A DNA stretch of 63,468 nucleotides, the filler included, from Welwitschia mirabilis (lineage: Eukaryota), in assembly GCA_051453625.1 (NCBI GenBank). It is 5 parts of one record of this genome, joined end to end, with 100 filler letters (N's around TTAATTAATTAA, not from the genome) between each part and the next. Parts side by side here need not be neighbours in the genome. Positions count along the whole stretch, not along the records: positions 1 to 24,929 come from JBOZIK010000001.1; 4 more parts are not named here. One strand, written 5' to 3'. The position numbers and the translations under genes were made by a program. Numbering within the stretch: position 1 is the first letter of the stretch; every line of letters starts with the position of its first letter. The notes beneath the pieces were generated by a model, which did not search any database, was not told where the DNA came from, and saw only the letters and a program-made list of their open reading frames with translations. Below are positions 12,700 to 25,029 of the stretch, piece after piece.

Positions 12700-15480
12700 G
12701 CAGCTATGCAATCATGCTCTCAAGCACACTCCATCACAACAAGCTATATGTTCAGCAGGAACCACAACCTTTGTTAGGAAGCCTGCAAGATTCACATAAG
12801 CATGCATCTTCTCCATGTCCAACTTCTTATTTTCAGTACCTGGCTAATGGAATGACACTTAACATTGATATGCTTTGTTCTAGCATGGTAGGAAAAATTC
12901 CTTCTCAATTGTATGGCACTCAAACTATGAAAATGAACAACAAAATCAGATTGATAATGTCCAAGCCAAATCAGAATGCCATGAAGCCATAACATCTCCT
13001 TCACAGCACTGACCAAGGCCACATGCTTTGTTTCTATAGTCAAAAGAGCTATATTTGACAGTATCTGGGACATCCAACTCACTGCACCATTGCCAAGTGC
13101 AAAGATATAGCCAATAGGAGTAACCCCTTGTGTCTTTACAACCAACACAGTTAGCATCTTCATAACATGTAATGCTTAAATCCAAATTGACAGAACACAA
13201 ACACATATTTTCAGTTGACTGCAAATAACAAGGTATCCATTTGACAACTTCACAATGCTTCTTACCAAGATTACTCATGAACTGTAAGAAAATTTCCACT
13301 GCATCAGCAATGTCTGGTCTAGAACCGACCATAAATTACAGTAGAATTCCTAAAACTAATGTGTCTGGCACTGCATCATGTCAAGCTCATCCTGCTCTAA
13401 ATATGACAGTCATAGCCGAAATAAGTATCGAAAGGCATGCATTTATGTTCACAATTAGCCTCTTTTGACATTTTAGAACTTTGTCAATATATTCAAAATC
13501 GCTCAACCACAGCCCGTGATGTGATCTGTTTATCTAAATCTTCATTCCAAATATCTGTTTTGTTGAACCAGGATCTTTGGTATCAGATCTCTTGCACATC
13601 TCATAGTTCAGTCCCTTCATTTCATTTAAGTCAGTTTCAGCAACTAGCATGTGATCAACATAAAATAACAAAATGACCATTGCACCTAAAGCATCATTGG
13701 TTAAATATACACAATGAACTCACAAAATTTCTTGTAAATTGACCATTTCACCTAAAGCATTATTATGAAAATACACACAATGATCAAACAACGCAGCTAG
13801 AGTATCTCTGTTCCTCCATGAACTCATCAAATTTCTTCTATAATTGTCAAGGGGCTTGATTCAAGCCACAACAAAACTTCTTCAGCCTACAAATTAGATT
13901 CTTCTTATCAATATGCAGTTCCTCTACTAACTCTATGGAGATCTCTTGTTCCACATCTCCAAGTAGAAAAGTTGTTTTAATGTCCACTTCTTCTGACTCC
14001 ATATCTAAATTGACAAACATTGAAAGTAGAGTGTGTATTGACATATGCTTGATAATAGGTCAAAAGATTTCATTAAATTCAGTAACTAGCTTTTTGATGA
14101 GAAAACAAAATGGACATTTCACCAACAGCATTAGTATGTAAAGACATACAATAATCAAAAACAGGTCTAAAGTATTTCTGTTTTTGCATGAACTCATAAA
14201 TTTCTTGAATTGTTGTCGAAGGGCTTGATTCTAGCCATAAAGAGAGTTCTTTAATCTACAAACCAAATTCTTCTTTATCAACATTGAATCCCTCTATTAA
14301 CTTCATGTCTATCTCTTCTTCCACATCTCCACACAGAAAAGTTACTTTAATGTCCAACTGTTTTAACTCTATATCTAAATAAACAGCCATTTAAAGTAGA
14401 GTGTGCATTAATGTATGCTTTACGACGGATGAGAAGATTTCATTAAAGTCAATGCTCAGCTTTTGGCTTAAGCACTTTATAACCAATTGAATTTTATACC
14501 ATAGTCCACTATTCACCTCCCTTATAACCACATACACCCATCCAGATTGAAAGGTTCTTTTCCTTTTAGGCAAGGCAACAAAAGCCCAAGTATGATTCTA
14601 TCTCAAGGATGATGTTTCTTCTCCCTTATTAGTTTTTGACTTATTTGAATACAGGAAGAAATAGCCTCTATAAAAGTCTCAAGTTCTCCTCTACCCATGA
14701 ACAGCTAATAATGCAACACTAGAGAACGCCTATCAAGTGGTTGGATGCTTTTGGTGGATCTGTGTACTCAATGTGAAGGTTGTCATATTCATTATATACC
14801 TATCAGAGTAGTCTAAACTAAAAATCTCTGATTAACTTTGTTCAGGTCAATTCCTATTCAGGTCAAGCATTTTCATCGTGTTCTCCATTACCGAATCTAG
14901 ACTATCAGGCTTATGCAGGGTGTCAGAATCAAATCTTTCCACTTTCTGATTCTCTTCCAATCACATGTAAAGCATTACATTCTCCGTAAAAACATCAGCT
15001 GATCGAAAAATCTTTTGTGCCACGCATTCCCAAAGCCTATACCAAAACCATCTTTTTCATAACCGTGTGAAAACAAACTTCCTGACATGTTCATTTAACT
15101 TACCTATATTATATAAATTAATATGTCTTACAACCAAAGGCATGCAACAGATACACAAATAAAGGTCTCCCACTCCACACAGATTCTAAGATGCCTCCCC
15201 TAATGCTGCATGCGTAGTCAGCAACGTATATTGTGTTCTAGCAACTACAGGCATAAAGGTTTGGGTATGCCACGTCGTGCCAACATTGTTCTCAACCTCT
15301 CTTGAATAGTTTTGTTGTATCCTTGTGCAAAAGCATTGTTTTGTGGTATCCCTGGTGGAGTTTTAGAATGTATAATACTTACATGTTTATGAAATACATC
15401 AAACTCATAGCAACCATACTCAACCCCTTTGTTAGCAACTAAACACTAATTATTACAATCACAATTGTCATCTACCTCAC
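12700..15480 (-). pseudogene. Ty1/Copia pol remnant (integrase core, RT, RNase H)
   Basis: Motifs: GYIFALGNGAVSWMS...SAIQLRRNFSYHARTKHINVKCH (RNase H), MVGSRPDIADAV...VKWIPCYL, DIKTTFLLGDVEQEI...LICRLKK..GLNQAP and IDFNEIFSSVVKH (RT), CLVANKGVEY..EF (integrase). INT-RT-RH order; many stops and frameshifts. Confidence 0.92.
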
Positions 15481-16750
15481 TGTTTACATGCAAAAACTGA
15501 CAGCAAATATATTTGATCAATTTTGCACTGGCAAAGACATTAAATTTGTTGTTTTATCATAAAATGATGTCTTCTGCCCTTGTCATCATGTTTCATGAAA
15601 TTATGAACTTCCCCATAACATTTTCAAGATTATTGCTGCATTCTGGAAGACATATCGTAAATTGAAGAAGATCATTAAAAAACGTTGGTGTTGTTGTCCA
15701 AGTCACCAGCGTCGTCGTTCATTCAAGGCAAAATTAGTTAATTTTTATGCACATACATCTTTTTGGGAAGTTCACCACATTATACTTGCGGGCTCAGTCG
15801 AATGTTAAATCAGAGTCAACCATCGACTTCGACGCCATCTGACTGAAGCGCAAAATGACACATTGCAGTGACATGTGGCAGCAACAAGGATAATTATGTG
15901 GAAGACACATGGCATCACACCCAATGGTAGCTCTATCATCATTTAAAGGAAATTTTTAATAAAAAGGCAAGGAATGCTCCATTAAGGCTACATGCCAAAT
16001 TTTGTAACCTCCTCCTAATGTAACTGCCCAAAAATGTAACCCCCTTTTTGTAATCGCCATCACGCACATCATGACAAAGCTCTCCAAGCCTTCCCTCATC
16101 TATAAAAGGGCCTTAAGCACTTATTGTAAGAGAGTTTTGGTTGGGCAAACGTAGTAGGATTACTTGGAGCGTCAGGACATCATGGCTTCCTAAGCACCTC
16201 CCTTGGGAGTGAACTTTTCCAAGGCTAGTTTGAGGAGTCTATTTAGACTCATCTGGCTCCTTTAATGTAATGTATTTTTCTAGTTTTTAATACAAGAATA
16301 AGCTATTCATTCCTTCATTACTAGTGCACATAAACATGGTATTAGTAATCTTTAAGTAAGACTATTTCTCATTTGAATATTAAAGTAGTTGTTCATTCGT
16401 AGACTTCTAGTGCATATTAACACAGTGCTTTTAATCCTTAAGTAAGACTACAATGAGCTTATGTTTCAGGAAGATTACAGGATATTGGTGGAGTTAAGAA
16501 GTGCTATTGAACAAGCTGAAGTAGACCTCTGGAGCATGTTCGTTTCTATGCGTTACCATCCAAAGTTCACTACAACTCTCAAAATTTGATTTTATATTTT
16601 TCTTTGATTCTCGTTGCAAGAGTGTAATTATTGTGTTATTTTTGTTAAGCTTACTACAAATATCCCTGTGGAAGAGCGATACTGGGTAGTTACTAGTTTA
16701 TTTGAGGTTCGCATTTTACTACAAGGAAAAACAATGTTTCATAGCATACA
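15481..16750 (+). repeat. 5' LTR of element A (1270 nt, TG...CA)
   Basis: Starts TGTTTAC, ends GCATACA immediately before the PBS, and has CTATAAAAGGG at about 16100. Confidence 0.85.
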
Positions 16751-16757
16751 AATTTTT

Positions 16758-16775
16758 TGGCGCCATTAACAAGGA
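16758..16775 (+). promoter_or_regulatory. Primer-binding site, tRNA-Asp type (Athila lineage)
   Basis: TGGCGCCATTAACAAGGA versus the canonical Athila PBS TGGCGCCGTTGCCGGGGA. Confidence 0.8.
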
Positions 16776-19700
16776 TATTAGCATCGTAGCTTCTCAAAAG
16801 TGCAAAATTTTTCTCCTTACAATTCTTTTTAGTTTTGTTGTACATTTTTCTAGTGGTTGGTATTGGTCACCTCCAGTGATACTCGAACTAGTCCATTTTT
16901 CTTTTCCTTTTGTTTGATTATTTCCTTTCTTTTCTTTCTAGTAGTGGGTACTGCTCCTTTTCCAATGAAATCCAAACTGGTCCAAATTTTGAGTTTTGAT
17001 TAGTTTTTGTTTAAACACTAAAAATCATATCCATATTTGATATTTTGTTTACAGGTCTTAACGATTTCTTCTACAAGTCGCAACCAAAACCAAGATCGCA
17101 AAAAGGCAAAAATCTAGATTGAAACTCTAACATTGTCTATCTTCTATTTTTTGTTTTCTCCAATTTTTTCTGTAAACCATTTTAGTTGTTGTTCTATTTT
17201 CATAAATTTTGATAAAATTCTAAAATGAAAAATGTTTAGCTTTATTTTCCTGGGTTTATTTTTCAGTTGCAACCATGTTTAATTTCTGTTGTGTTTTTTT
17301 GAGACCCTACAACATGAAACATTTTGCGTAGCTCTAAATGTAACCTCATCCTTTTTCCGAGCCATTCTGGCTCAAACAACCAGTGTTGCCATCTTCCCTC
17401 ATCGACGCTGCCAATGTTTTTGCTCAGAAGCCTTTCTGATATCAGGCCTCCTCTAAAATCTCAAAAAGTTATGAAAGCGTGGCCCTATAATCAATTTTAT
17501 AAACCGTTTCCTGAGACTTGACACAGGTTAGGAAGGTAACTCCTTAGGGAGATTGTATGAACTACGTTTGGAACCCAAGTCTATCTATGTAAACTGCTTT
17601 AAACCTAGAGATCCTTCTGACACTAGGCAAACCTTTGGAGAATCTCTTTGAAGCCTAGAACACCCTCAACATATAGATCAACCTTCTTACCTCGAATTGG
17701 AAAAGCCTTATTTTCTACAAGAGCAATGTGATCTTATACCTTCCACTGCCCCTCATAACCCTTTACCCTTTAATCTTCACCCTTCTTTCTACACACAACA
17801 ACCTTCTTCATCTACCTTGTTGGAGGAACCATTGAGAAAATTCATAGACACCCAAGCCCAGATTAACCGTGATCAAACCCAAACTAACCACAACCATGAA
17901 CAAACCCTTAAAACAATACTCCTCCACCTTAACCAACGTTAAGCAAAGTTTCCAAACCCACACCCAACTTCTTCAACAAATTCTCCCTTCTTTGAATCAT
18001 AGTAATACTAAAAACCAACTTAAGCTTAACCAACAAAAAGAGGAAGAGCTTCCTACATTCCATGAACCTAAGAATCTTGAAATCTTTGAAAGGATTGATG
18101 GCAGTAAAATCGATGATACCCAAGCCATATCCTTTGGAAATGAGGAAGAAACCAATGCAGAAATCCATAAGGACTTCTAGTTTAAAAACAAATTAGAGAG
18201 TAAATGATTATGTGCAAGAAGGCTATACTTTGAAGTAGGATTAAACATATTAGACAATAGCAATCAGTAAAAAATGAGCAATTGTTTGAGGAACGCTACA
18301 ACTTTGAGAGTTATACAACTGAGGATGAATCAATAAGCGACATCAATGAGAAGGACAATAGAAAAAGAGCCTTTATTTGAATCACAACCATTGTTGCTTA
18401 AGTAATCACATAAGGACAAACCCCTTAACAACTTTAATGTAAAGGAGAACATTAGCAAAGAGCCCATACATGACTCATCCTTTGAAAAACCTTAGCCTCT
18501 TTCTCAACAACTTTTTGAGCCAACCATTTCACTTTCATCTTTACCTTCTAAGCAAGACCCAAACCTCAATGAAGAAGATAAACGCTCTTTAACATTGGAA
18601 TCATCTTCTGAAAATTTTCTAAATGATCATTCACCTTCTCTAATAGCCTCCAACTCACCTTTCTCTTCATCTCAAAATGATGTCTTGCATGAGTTGTTGA
18701 ATAAACAAGAATAGGATAAAGGATGGACTATTTCTAACTTTGAATGCATAAACTTTACTGCTTCTGTTGATGTTCTTCCAAATTTTATGGGTTCATGCAT
18801 AAAAATCTACAAGGATTCTCTGCCGCTCAGAATGCTTTGCATAAGTTTGACTCATCATCCAACCTTTGCATTCATCATCATCTTGAGCCTTCATATATGC
18901 ACTACGTTGGAAAATCCCTTTCAAAATTTTTATTTTCATTTTATGCTTTTAGATTAATTTTTTCTTTTAGGATAGATTTTCCTTTTATGCTAGATTTAGT
19001 TTGGAAAAAGATAAAAACGTTAAAAACATTTGTGCTTAATGGCCTCTCTCGCCTAAAACCATTGAAGCACTACCACCTGTACAATCATCGTCTTACACCC
19101 TTTCATTTATGAAATCCCAAATGCCACCCACAACATAGAATAAACCACCATTGCCTTAAACCTCATCATCCACCCCCTCCACTTTGGCATCATTTAATAA
19201 AACTCGCCAACCACCCTCCCCTCCCGTTCGTCTACGAATTCCTAAGATTTGATGACTTTGATTGATGGCCCATAACAAATAAATCATTAAGAAGTGATCA
19301 CCTTCTCATTACGAATTAGGTAGAATTTAAGTTTACCAGTACTTTTCAAGAAAAGGTTTTGCTTATTTTCAAGTTATCTTATTAAGATTAGTTTCATTTG
19401 AGGTTTCCAAATTTGGAAAATGTGGTTAAAAAGGTTGGAATCTACCTTCATATGATGTTTCATGTTCTTTGGCATTTTATAGGGATAAGATTTTTCTTGA
19501 TTAGGCTAATGAACCACTAACCCCTTTCATGTGCATTAAAAAAATATTGAGTATGAGAAGGAGTGATCCAAAATACCTCCTCTCAAAAAAAAGGCACATT
19601 ATATTATTGACCAATTAAAATTAGGTTTAGTTAACTGCATTGAGGCTATGAACACTCGTTAGCAATGCAGCTCTAATGATCTATTTATGACATGTTCAAC

Positions 19701-21135
19701 AGCATCGGAGCTATAAACGTTTACTGGCAATGCAGCATTGACTTCTTCATGAAACAACATGCTTGATTATATTGGAAGAAGATGATGTCATAACACTAGA
19801 TGCTCAATTTGATCTAAATGCTTGAAAGAAGGAATATATGTGATTGTAAAAAAGGTAAAAACGAAAAGAAAAGGTAGGATTTGGAAATTCTTGTGTGATT
19901 TCTTTGTGTAACCTGAGTACTTAGAAATTTGTTTAACTAATTTTTTATTCTGGTAAGTTTACTTAGAGGATATTTTGTTTAGTTGGCATTGTGATCCATT
20001 TAAATAGACATAAAACTCACAAAAATTTCAATAAAGTGGCCATTGTCCTCGGCATTTTTGTCTTTCGCATTCATAGGTGTTTGGATCAGTTTTCATTTTC
20101 ATTTCCATGCATTACAAATAAAAGTTGTAATCGTAATGATTTTTCATCATGTAGTGCAAATTTTGATCCCATTCCCATTCTGTTCATTCACCATTGAGTT
20201 CAGCTTGTACTTTTGGTTGATAAACCATTTCATAAAATATCACCTATAGAATCCTAAGACAATTGGGGCTACTGCTAGTCCTTACTAGCATTGGCGTCAA
20301 TTTTTGAAATTTTAGTTGCAAAGTCTTCTACAACATCACCTATCTCATTTACAATCTTTTAAGATTTTTAGTCCCCAATAAAATTGACCACAAACTGATT
20401 GTAATCCATTTTTGATCATCACATCTCGTTTTCACCTTCAGTCCCATTTTCCTCACCTTCACAATAATCTTAATTTGCAAAACAAGTGTTTGATCATTAT
20501 TTCTAAGAGTATCTAACTGTTTGCATTTTCTTGTGTGTTGCATTGTAGTGTTTTTTAGGGTGTTTTACATGCAAGTTTAAAGTTTTTGGCATTGTAATTT
20601 TTCCTAAAGTTCTGAAGTGCTTACACCAAAGCGATTTTCTAGCTTGTACTATGAAAAAGTTATATAATGTAAAAATTCCTTTTCAAATACTTTTACTTGT
20701 CCTCAAAAGCATCGTATTAAATTTTTCTTTCTCTTTAACTTTGACGATGAAGTTTAATTTTGGTTGAGGGGAATGACATACATTTTTTATAGAATTTTCA
20801 AACTTTGATGCCTTATTTTTCAAAATTGATCAAAAATTTTTTCGAAGTTGTATCATTTCCATACTTGAATATTTCACTTAGACAATTTTTCAATGATCAT
20901 TTCTGCATCAACTTTTTGTTAAGAGAGTAGCAAAAGTCTAGTTAGGGGGTGTATGGCATCCATTTTTTTTAGAATTTTTCAAACTTTGATGCCTTATTTT
21001 TCAAAATTAATCAAAAATTTTTCCCAAAGTTGTATTATTTCCATACTTGAATATTTCACTTAGACAATTTTTTCATGTTGATCATTTCTTCATCAACTTT
21101 TTGGAAAGAGACTAGCAGAAGTCTGGTTAGGGGTA

Positions 21136-21685
21136 TGTTTACATGCAAAGATTGACACTCCAAGCCAGTATATTTGATCAATTTTGCATTGGCAAAGACA
21201 CTAAATTAGTCGTTTTATCATAAAATGATGTCTTCTGCCTTTGTCATCATGTTTCATGGAATCATGAACTTTCTCATAACATTTTCAAGATTACTGCCGC
21301 CTTTTGGAAGACATATTGTAAATTGAAAAAGATCCATCAAAAAACATTAGCATTGTCATCCATGTCACCAACAACACTAGTCCTTCAAAGCAAAATCAGT
21401 TAATTCTTACATACATAATCTTTTTGGGAAGTTCGTCACATTACACTTGTGGGCTCAGTCGAATGTTAAATCAGAGTCAACTAGCAACTTCGACGACATG
21501 TGGCAGAAGTGCAAAATGACACATCATAGCAACATGTGGCAGCAACAAAGATGATTACATGGAAGATACATGGCATCATCATTCAAAGGACATGTCATCA
21601 CCTCTTTTTCATAAGAAGACAAAGAATCCTCCATTAAGGCTACATGCTAAATTTTGTAACCTAATGTAACTGCCCAAAAGTGTCC
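21136..21685 (+). repeat. Truncated 3' LTR of element A
   Basis: Aligns with 15481-16040 up to CTAATGTAACTGCCCAAAA, then switches to Copia sequence. Confidence 0.85.
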
Positions 21686-22291
21686 CCTCCCTCAACTCAC
21701 TTTCAATTTGCTACCTACATAAGTTAGTCTGCAACCAAAATCATCAAGTTGTTTGGAGGAGATCAGATTTTTTTTTTTTTTGGTTTTTTTGAAACACTAG
21801 GTACATGTACATTGGTATTTTAGTCCGTTCTTATGCTATAATACAATTAAATCTATCCCTTACACTTGCTAAGGACTGATCTCTCCAAAAAAACATGACT
21901 CCAACTGAAACAATTCCATGATTAGAAAATTATCCTCTATATGGAAAAATGTTATAAGATGCACCTACATCAACTATCTGAATGTTAGAAGATAAGTCTA
22001 TCGAGACATTTACCTCTCCATCTCCAAAAAACAAAACAACAGCAGCTTTTCCCTCTTAATCTGGGTTTGGCCTACTATTGTTATTGCCTTGATCCTTCTC
22101 TTTTCCCTTCTGCTTATTGTTCTTGAAGGCATAGCAATCCTTTCTCAAATGACCATTCTCCTTACAATACTAGCAAAAAGATATGCCTTTGATCACCAAA
22201 TTAACCTTTGCTTCTTCATCAACCATTATCATGCCCCAACTTTTAGAATGACTTCTACCATCTACAAAGGCTGCAACTAATGACATATTAG
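21686..22291 (-). pseudogene. Copia gag zinc knuckle and protease remnant (continuation of the 12265-15480 element)
   Basis: Minus-strand translations: C*YCKENGHLRKDC (CCHC knuckle), IVDVGASYNIFP (protease), VHVPS...NLISSKQLDDFGC. Confidence 0.8.
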
Positions 22292-24929
22292 CAGTGATTA
22301 ATCTAGCAGCGACTAAATGCCTTTAGGGCGCTTAGTTCCCCCGATTATTTGTCGTCGTATTTTTTTTGAGTCAGTGTGACTTTTTCCGAGGACTATTTGC
22401 AAATTAGTCGTCACGCTCAGAACTAGTGACTAAACGCCCAGAACAGCAAATTTTTTTTTTAAAAAGTCGCTTTTCCCAGTCAGCATTATGGATAAAAGTT
22501 GGCATTTCTCGCATTTACGCAGGATCGCATTTGCAGAAGGTAGAACAGAGAAGCCAGAAAGGAAAAACAAACTCGTAGATTCGTAGTGAAGCATACAAAA
22601 ACAAACTCACGTCTCACAATCAAGCAGTCAAGCAGTGCCAGTGCAAACAAGCGAAGAGAAAGAAAGTCAAGCAAGCACCAGTGCAAACAAGCGAAGAGCC
22701 GAAGACCGAAGATAAAGGAAGGACGTAGGAAGCACCGACTGAGAGAAACGCATTCCGCAAAGCACAACAAAGAACAGACTAACAGAGTCAAACTATCAAA
22801 GACAAGGCAAGCTCAACGCAACAGACTGAGAGATTGTTCAATGGAAACTGCAAAGGAAGTATTATTTTTGCAAATAAGAATATGAAGGAATACCCTCCTC
22901 ATTGTTGGAATATAGTCATATGCAGTAATTAAATTGTGTATTAAATTATGCTATGTTATGGTGTTTCAAGTTATGTAATTGTTGTTTAGTATTGAACTAC
23001 TGCGATTTGGAAAACCCTGTTCATTACTATTGTGATTGTTTACACGATACAAGTAATAGTAAGTACATCACAGTTGAGAAGGGTAGTTGTAGTTGATAAG
23101 GAAACAAGGAAGCATTGAATCATACACAATATGAAAAGCACCCTAACCATAAGTTCCATCTTCCACCACAAAGAATCATCATAAAATTTAGGAAGAATAA
23201 GATTCCAAGCTATGTTAGATACTTCATAAGTAGACTAAGTATTGTCAATCTGCCAAAGGGCACTTTCATAAAGTCAGTCTACTGATAATCTTTTCTTTGT
23301 TACTTATTGGATGCTTTTTGTAATTGTTGTGTCTTCTTGTCTTTAAGAGCTTAATTCCAGAAATGGCCAGACAGTTGTGTTGAGTAGTAATTTGACTAAT
23401 TTCTGAACGGAAAGTGCCTAGCATTATCAATAAACCATATAATCTAGAAGTAGCATAAGATCTAAAATGAGTTATTGTTAAAAGAAAAAATTAAGTAGCA
23501 CATTCATGAGAAGCAGTAAATTATTAATCTTTGTTTAATATGACATTATGACAAGAAAATTTTAATTAGGTAAGCTCATATGGCTATGTCTTTAAATAAA
23601 CTGCTTGCAAGATAATCATGGTAAGCAGCACAACAATAACAAAGCGGCAAGTAGCAACTAGCAAGTGTCACAAATGTTGACCATTCAAACTGCTGTTATG
23701 TCTATTATGTGTTTCTTTGTGCTACGGAGTAGGGATGATACATTAACTTTTCCTTTCTTTTATGCATACTATACAGCATATTTGCCAAATTAACTTTGAT
23801 TAAGAACTTAAACGAGATCAACAAGTCAGCACTCAGCACCTTAATTAAAATGTAAAGCTCAAGAAAAAAAATTCATAACTAAAATGTCAAAGCATAGCAC
23901 CTTAATTAGGTGCTATTTAGCTTACATCTTCTAATGCATCTTCTAGCAATGGATTCTAGAAGACTAGAACTTAAAATCTCTTTTGGCATTAAGTATATCT
24001 CTTTCCTAATGCTTTTTTATTGTAAATTGTATGCATTTTTAATTTTTTATTCCATATGCAAAAAAATTGACTTGATTTCATGATTCTTTCTTACAGTGAT
24101 TCAACAATGCCAAGGAGAGATCCAGCATGGCAACATTGTACACAAGCAGATCCTAGAAATTTAGATATGCTAAAATGCGATTACTATCAGGTCACATATC
24201 ATGGAGGTGTAAACAGAATGAAATATCATATTGCTCAATTACCAGGTCATAATGTTGTGCCTTGCCCTAACTTACCTAGCCTTTCTGTAATGGAAGAAAT
24301 GAGAACCTATTTAAACTGCAGAGAAGAGAGAAAGAAAAATAAGGCAAAACTTGTTGATCTTCTAGCAAAAAGGCAGATGGAGAAAGCAGGCTCTGGTTCT
24401 GTGAGTGAGCACAAGGCCTCATGTCTAGAGTTAGAAAGAGAATAGTCAATGGTTGGGAGCATATGACTACAGATACAAAGAGACATGCATCTTCTTGCCC
24501 TACTGATGTTGAGAGTGATGCCCAGGCACAACAAGAGTGGTAGCAATCCTCCACTTTCTAGTCCCAGGTATGGCTCATCTTCACATGGGTTAGAGTCTTA
24601 TTATCGACCCATTCGAGGTAGGCTTGTGGATTTGTTACCTCCATGTCATGGTCCTGGTACTCAGCAAACAATCGAGACAAATATGCGTACTAAGGAAGAT
24701 GTCATTAGGAGAGCACGCAAGATACTTACATAGTTTTGGTATTCGCAAGGCTTGCCATTATATGCATTTGCAAGTCCTATGTTTTAGAGGGTTTGTGATG
24801 CTATTGGTGAGTGTGGAGCAAGTGATTTCAAAGCTCCCACATACACGGAGATGCGGCGTCAATGTTACAAGATGTTAAACATGACATTGAAGCGATGATG
24901 ACAGAGCATAAGAAGGCCTAGGATAAATT
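22292..24929 (+). mobile_element. hAT DNA transposon, 5' portion (cut by scaffold end), inserted in Copia gag
   Basis: Abrupt switch at CAGTGATTAATC into a CpG-rich terminus with GCGACTA/TAGTCG/GTGACTA subterminal motifs (22308-22470). A GA-rich leader and a long intron ending ttcttacAG at 24096 follow, then the transposase. Confidence 0.8.
24107..24929 (+). pseudogene. hAT transposase N-terminus with BED zinc finger
   Basis: MPRRDPAWQHC...LKCDYYQVTYHGGVNRMKYHIAQLPGHNVVPC (BED finger; second Cys changed to Tyr), then FWYSQGLPLYAFASPMF*RVCDAIGECGASDFKAPTY. In-frame stops present. Confidence 0.9.
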
Positions 24930-25029
24930 NNNNNNNNNNNNNNNNNNNNNNNNNNNNNNNNNNNNNNNNNNNNTTAATTAATTAANNNNNNNNNNNNNNN
25001 NNNNNNNNNNNNNNNNNNNNNNNNNNNNN
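24930..25029. other. Artificial scaffold joiner N44-TTAATTAATTAA-N44
   Basis: Exactly 100 nt. The palindromic 12-mer places stop codons in all six frames, and an identical construct occurs four times. Confidence 0.97.

Larger units (their letters stand above)
15481..21685 (+). mobile_element. Non-autonomous Athila-lineage LTR retrotransposon (LARD-like), element A, inserted in the Copia element
   Basis: Direct repeats beginning TGTTTACATGCAAA at 15481 and 21136; PBS at 16758; PPT GGTTAGGGGTA before 21136. No RT, RNase H or integrase motif in the 4.4-kb interior. Confidence 0.85.

Noticed and set aside
15481..16750. Hammerhead ribozyme (retrozyme) in LTRs of the non-autonomous elements
   Set aside because: No CTGANGA...GAAA core with flanking stems was found by eye in these LTRs.
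19643..19653. GGCTATGAAC resembles a tRNA-Arg(ACG) anticodon arm
   Set aside because: No D arm, T arm or acceptor stem surrounds it.
21696..21700. CTCAC matching the 5 nt left of 15481 as a target-site duplication
   Set aside because: The 3' LTR is truncated well before its end and CTCAC lies within Copia coding sequence (K-V-S), so the match is probably chance.
22486..22885. Overlapping 99-101 aa ORFs on both strands
   Set aside because: This is a low-complexity GA-rich 5' leader of the hAT element with an internal repeat (CCAGTGCAAACAAGCGAAGAG twice); no protein signal.
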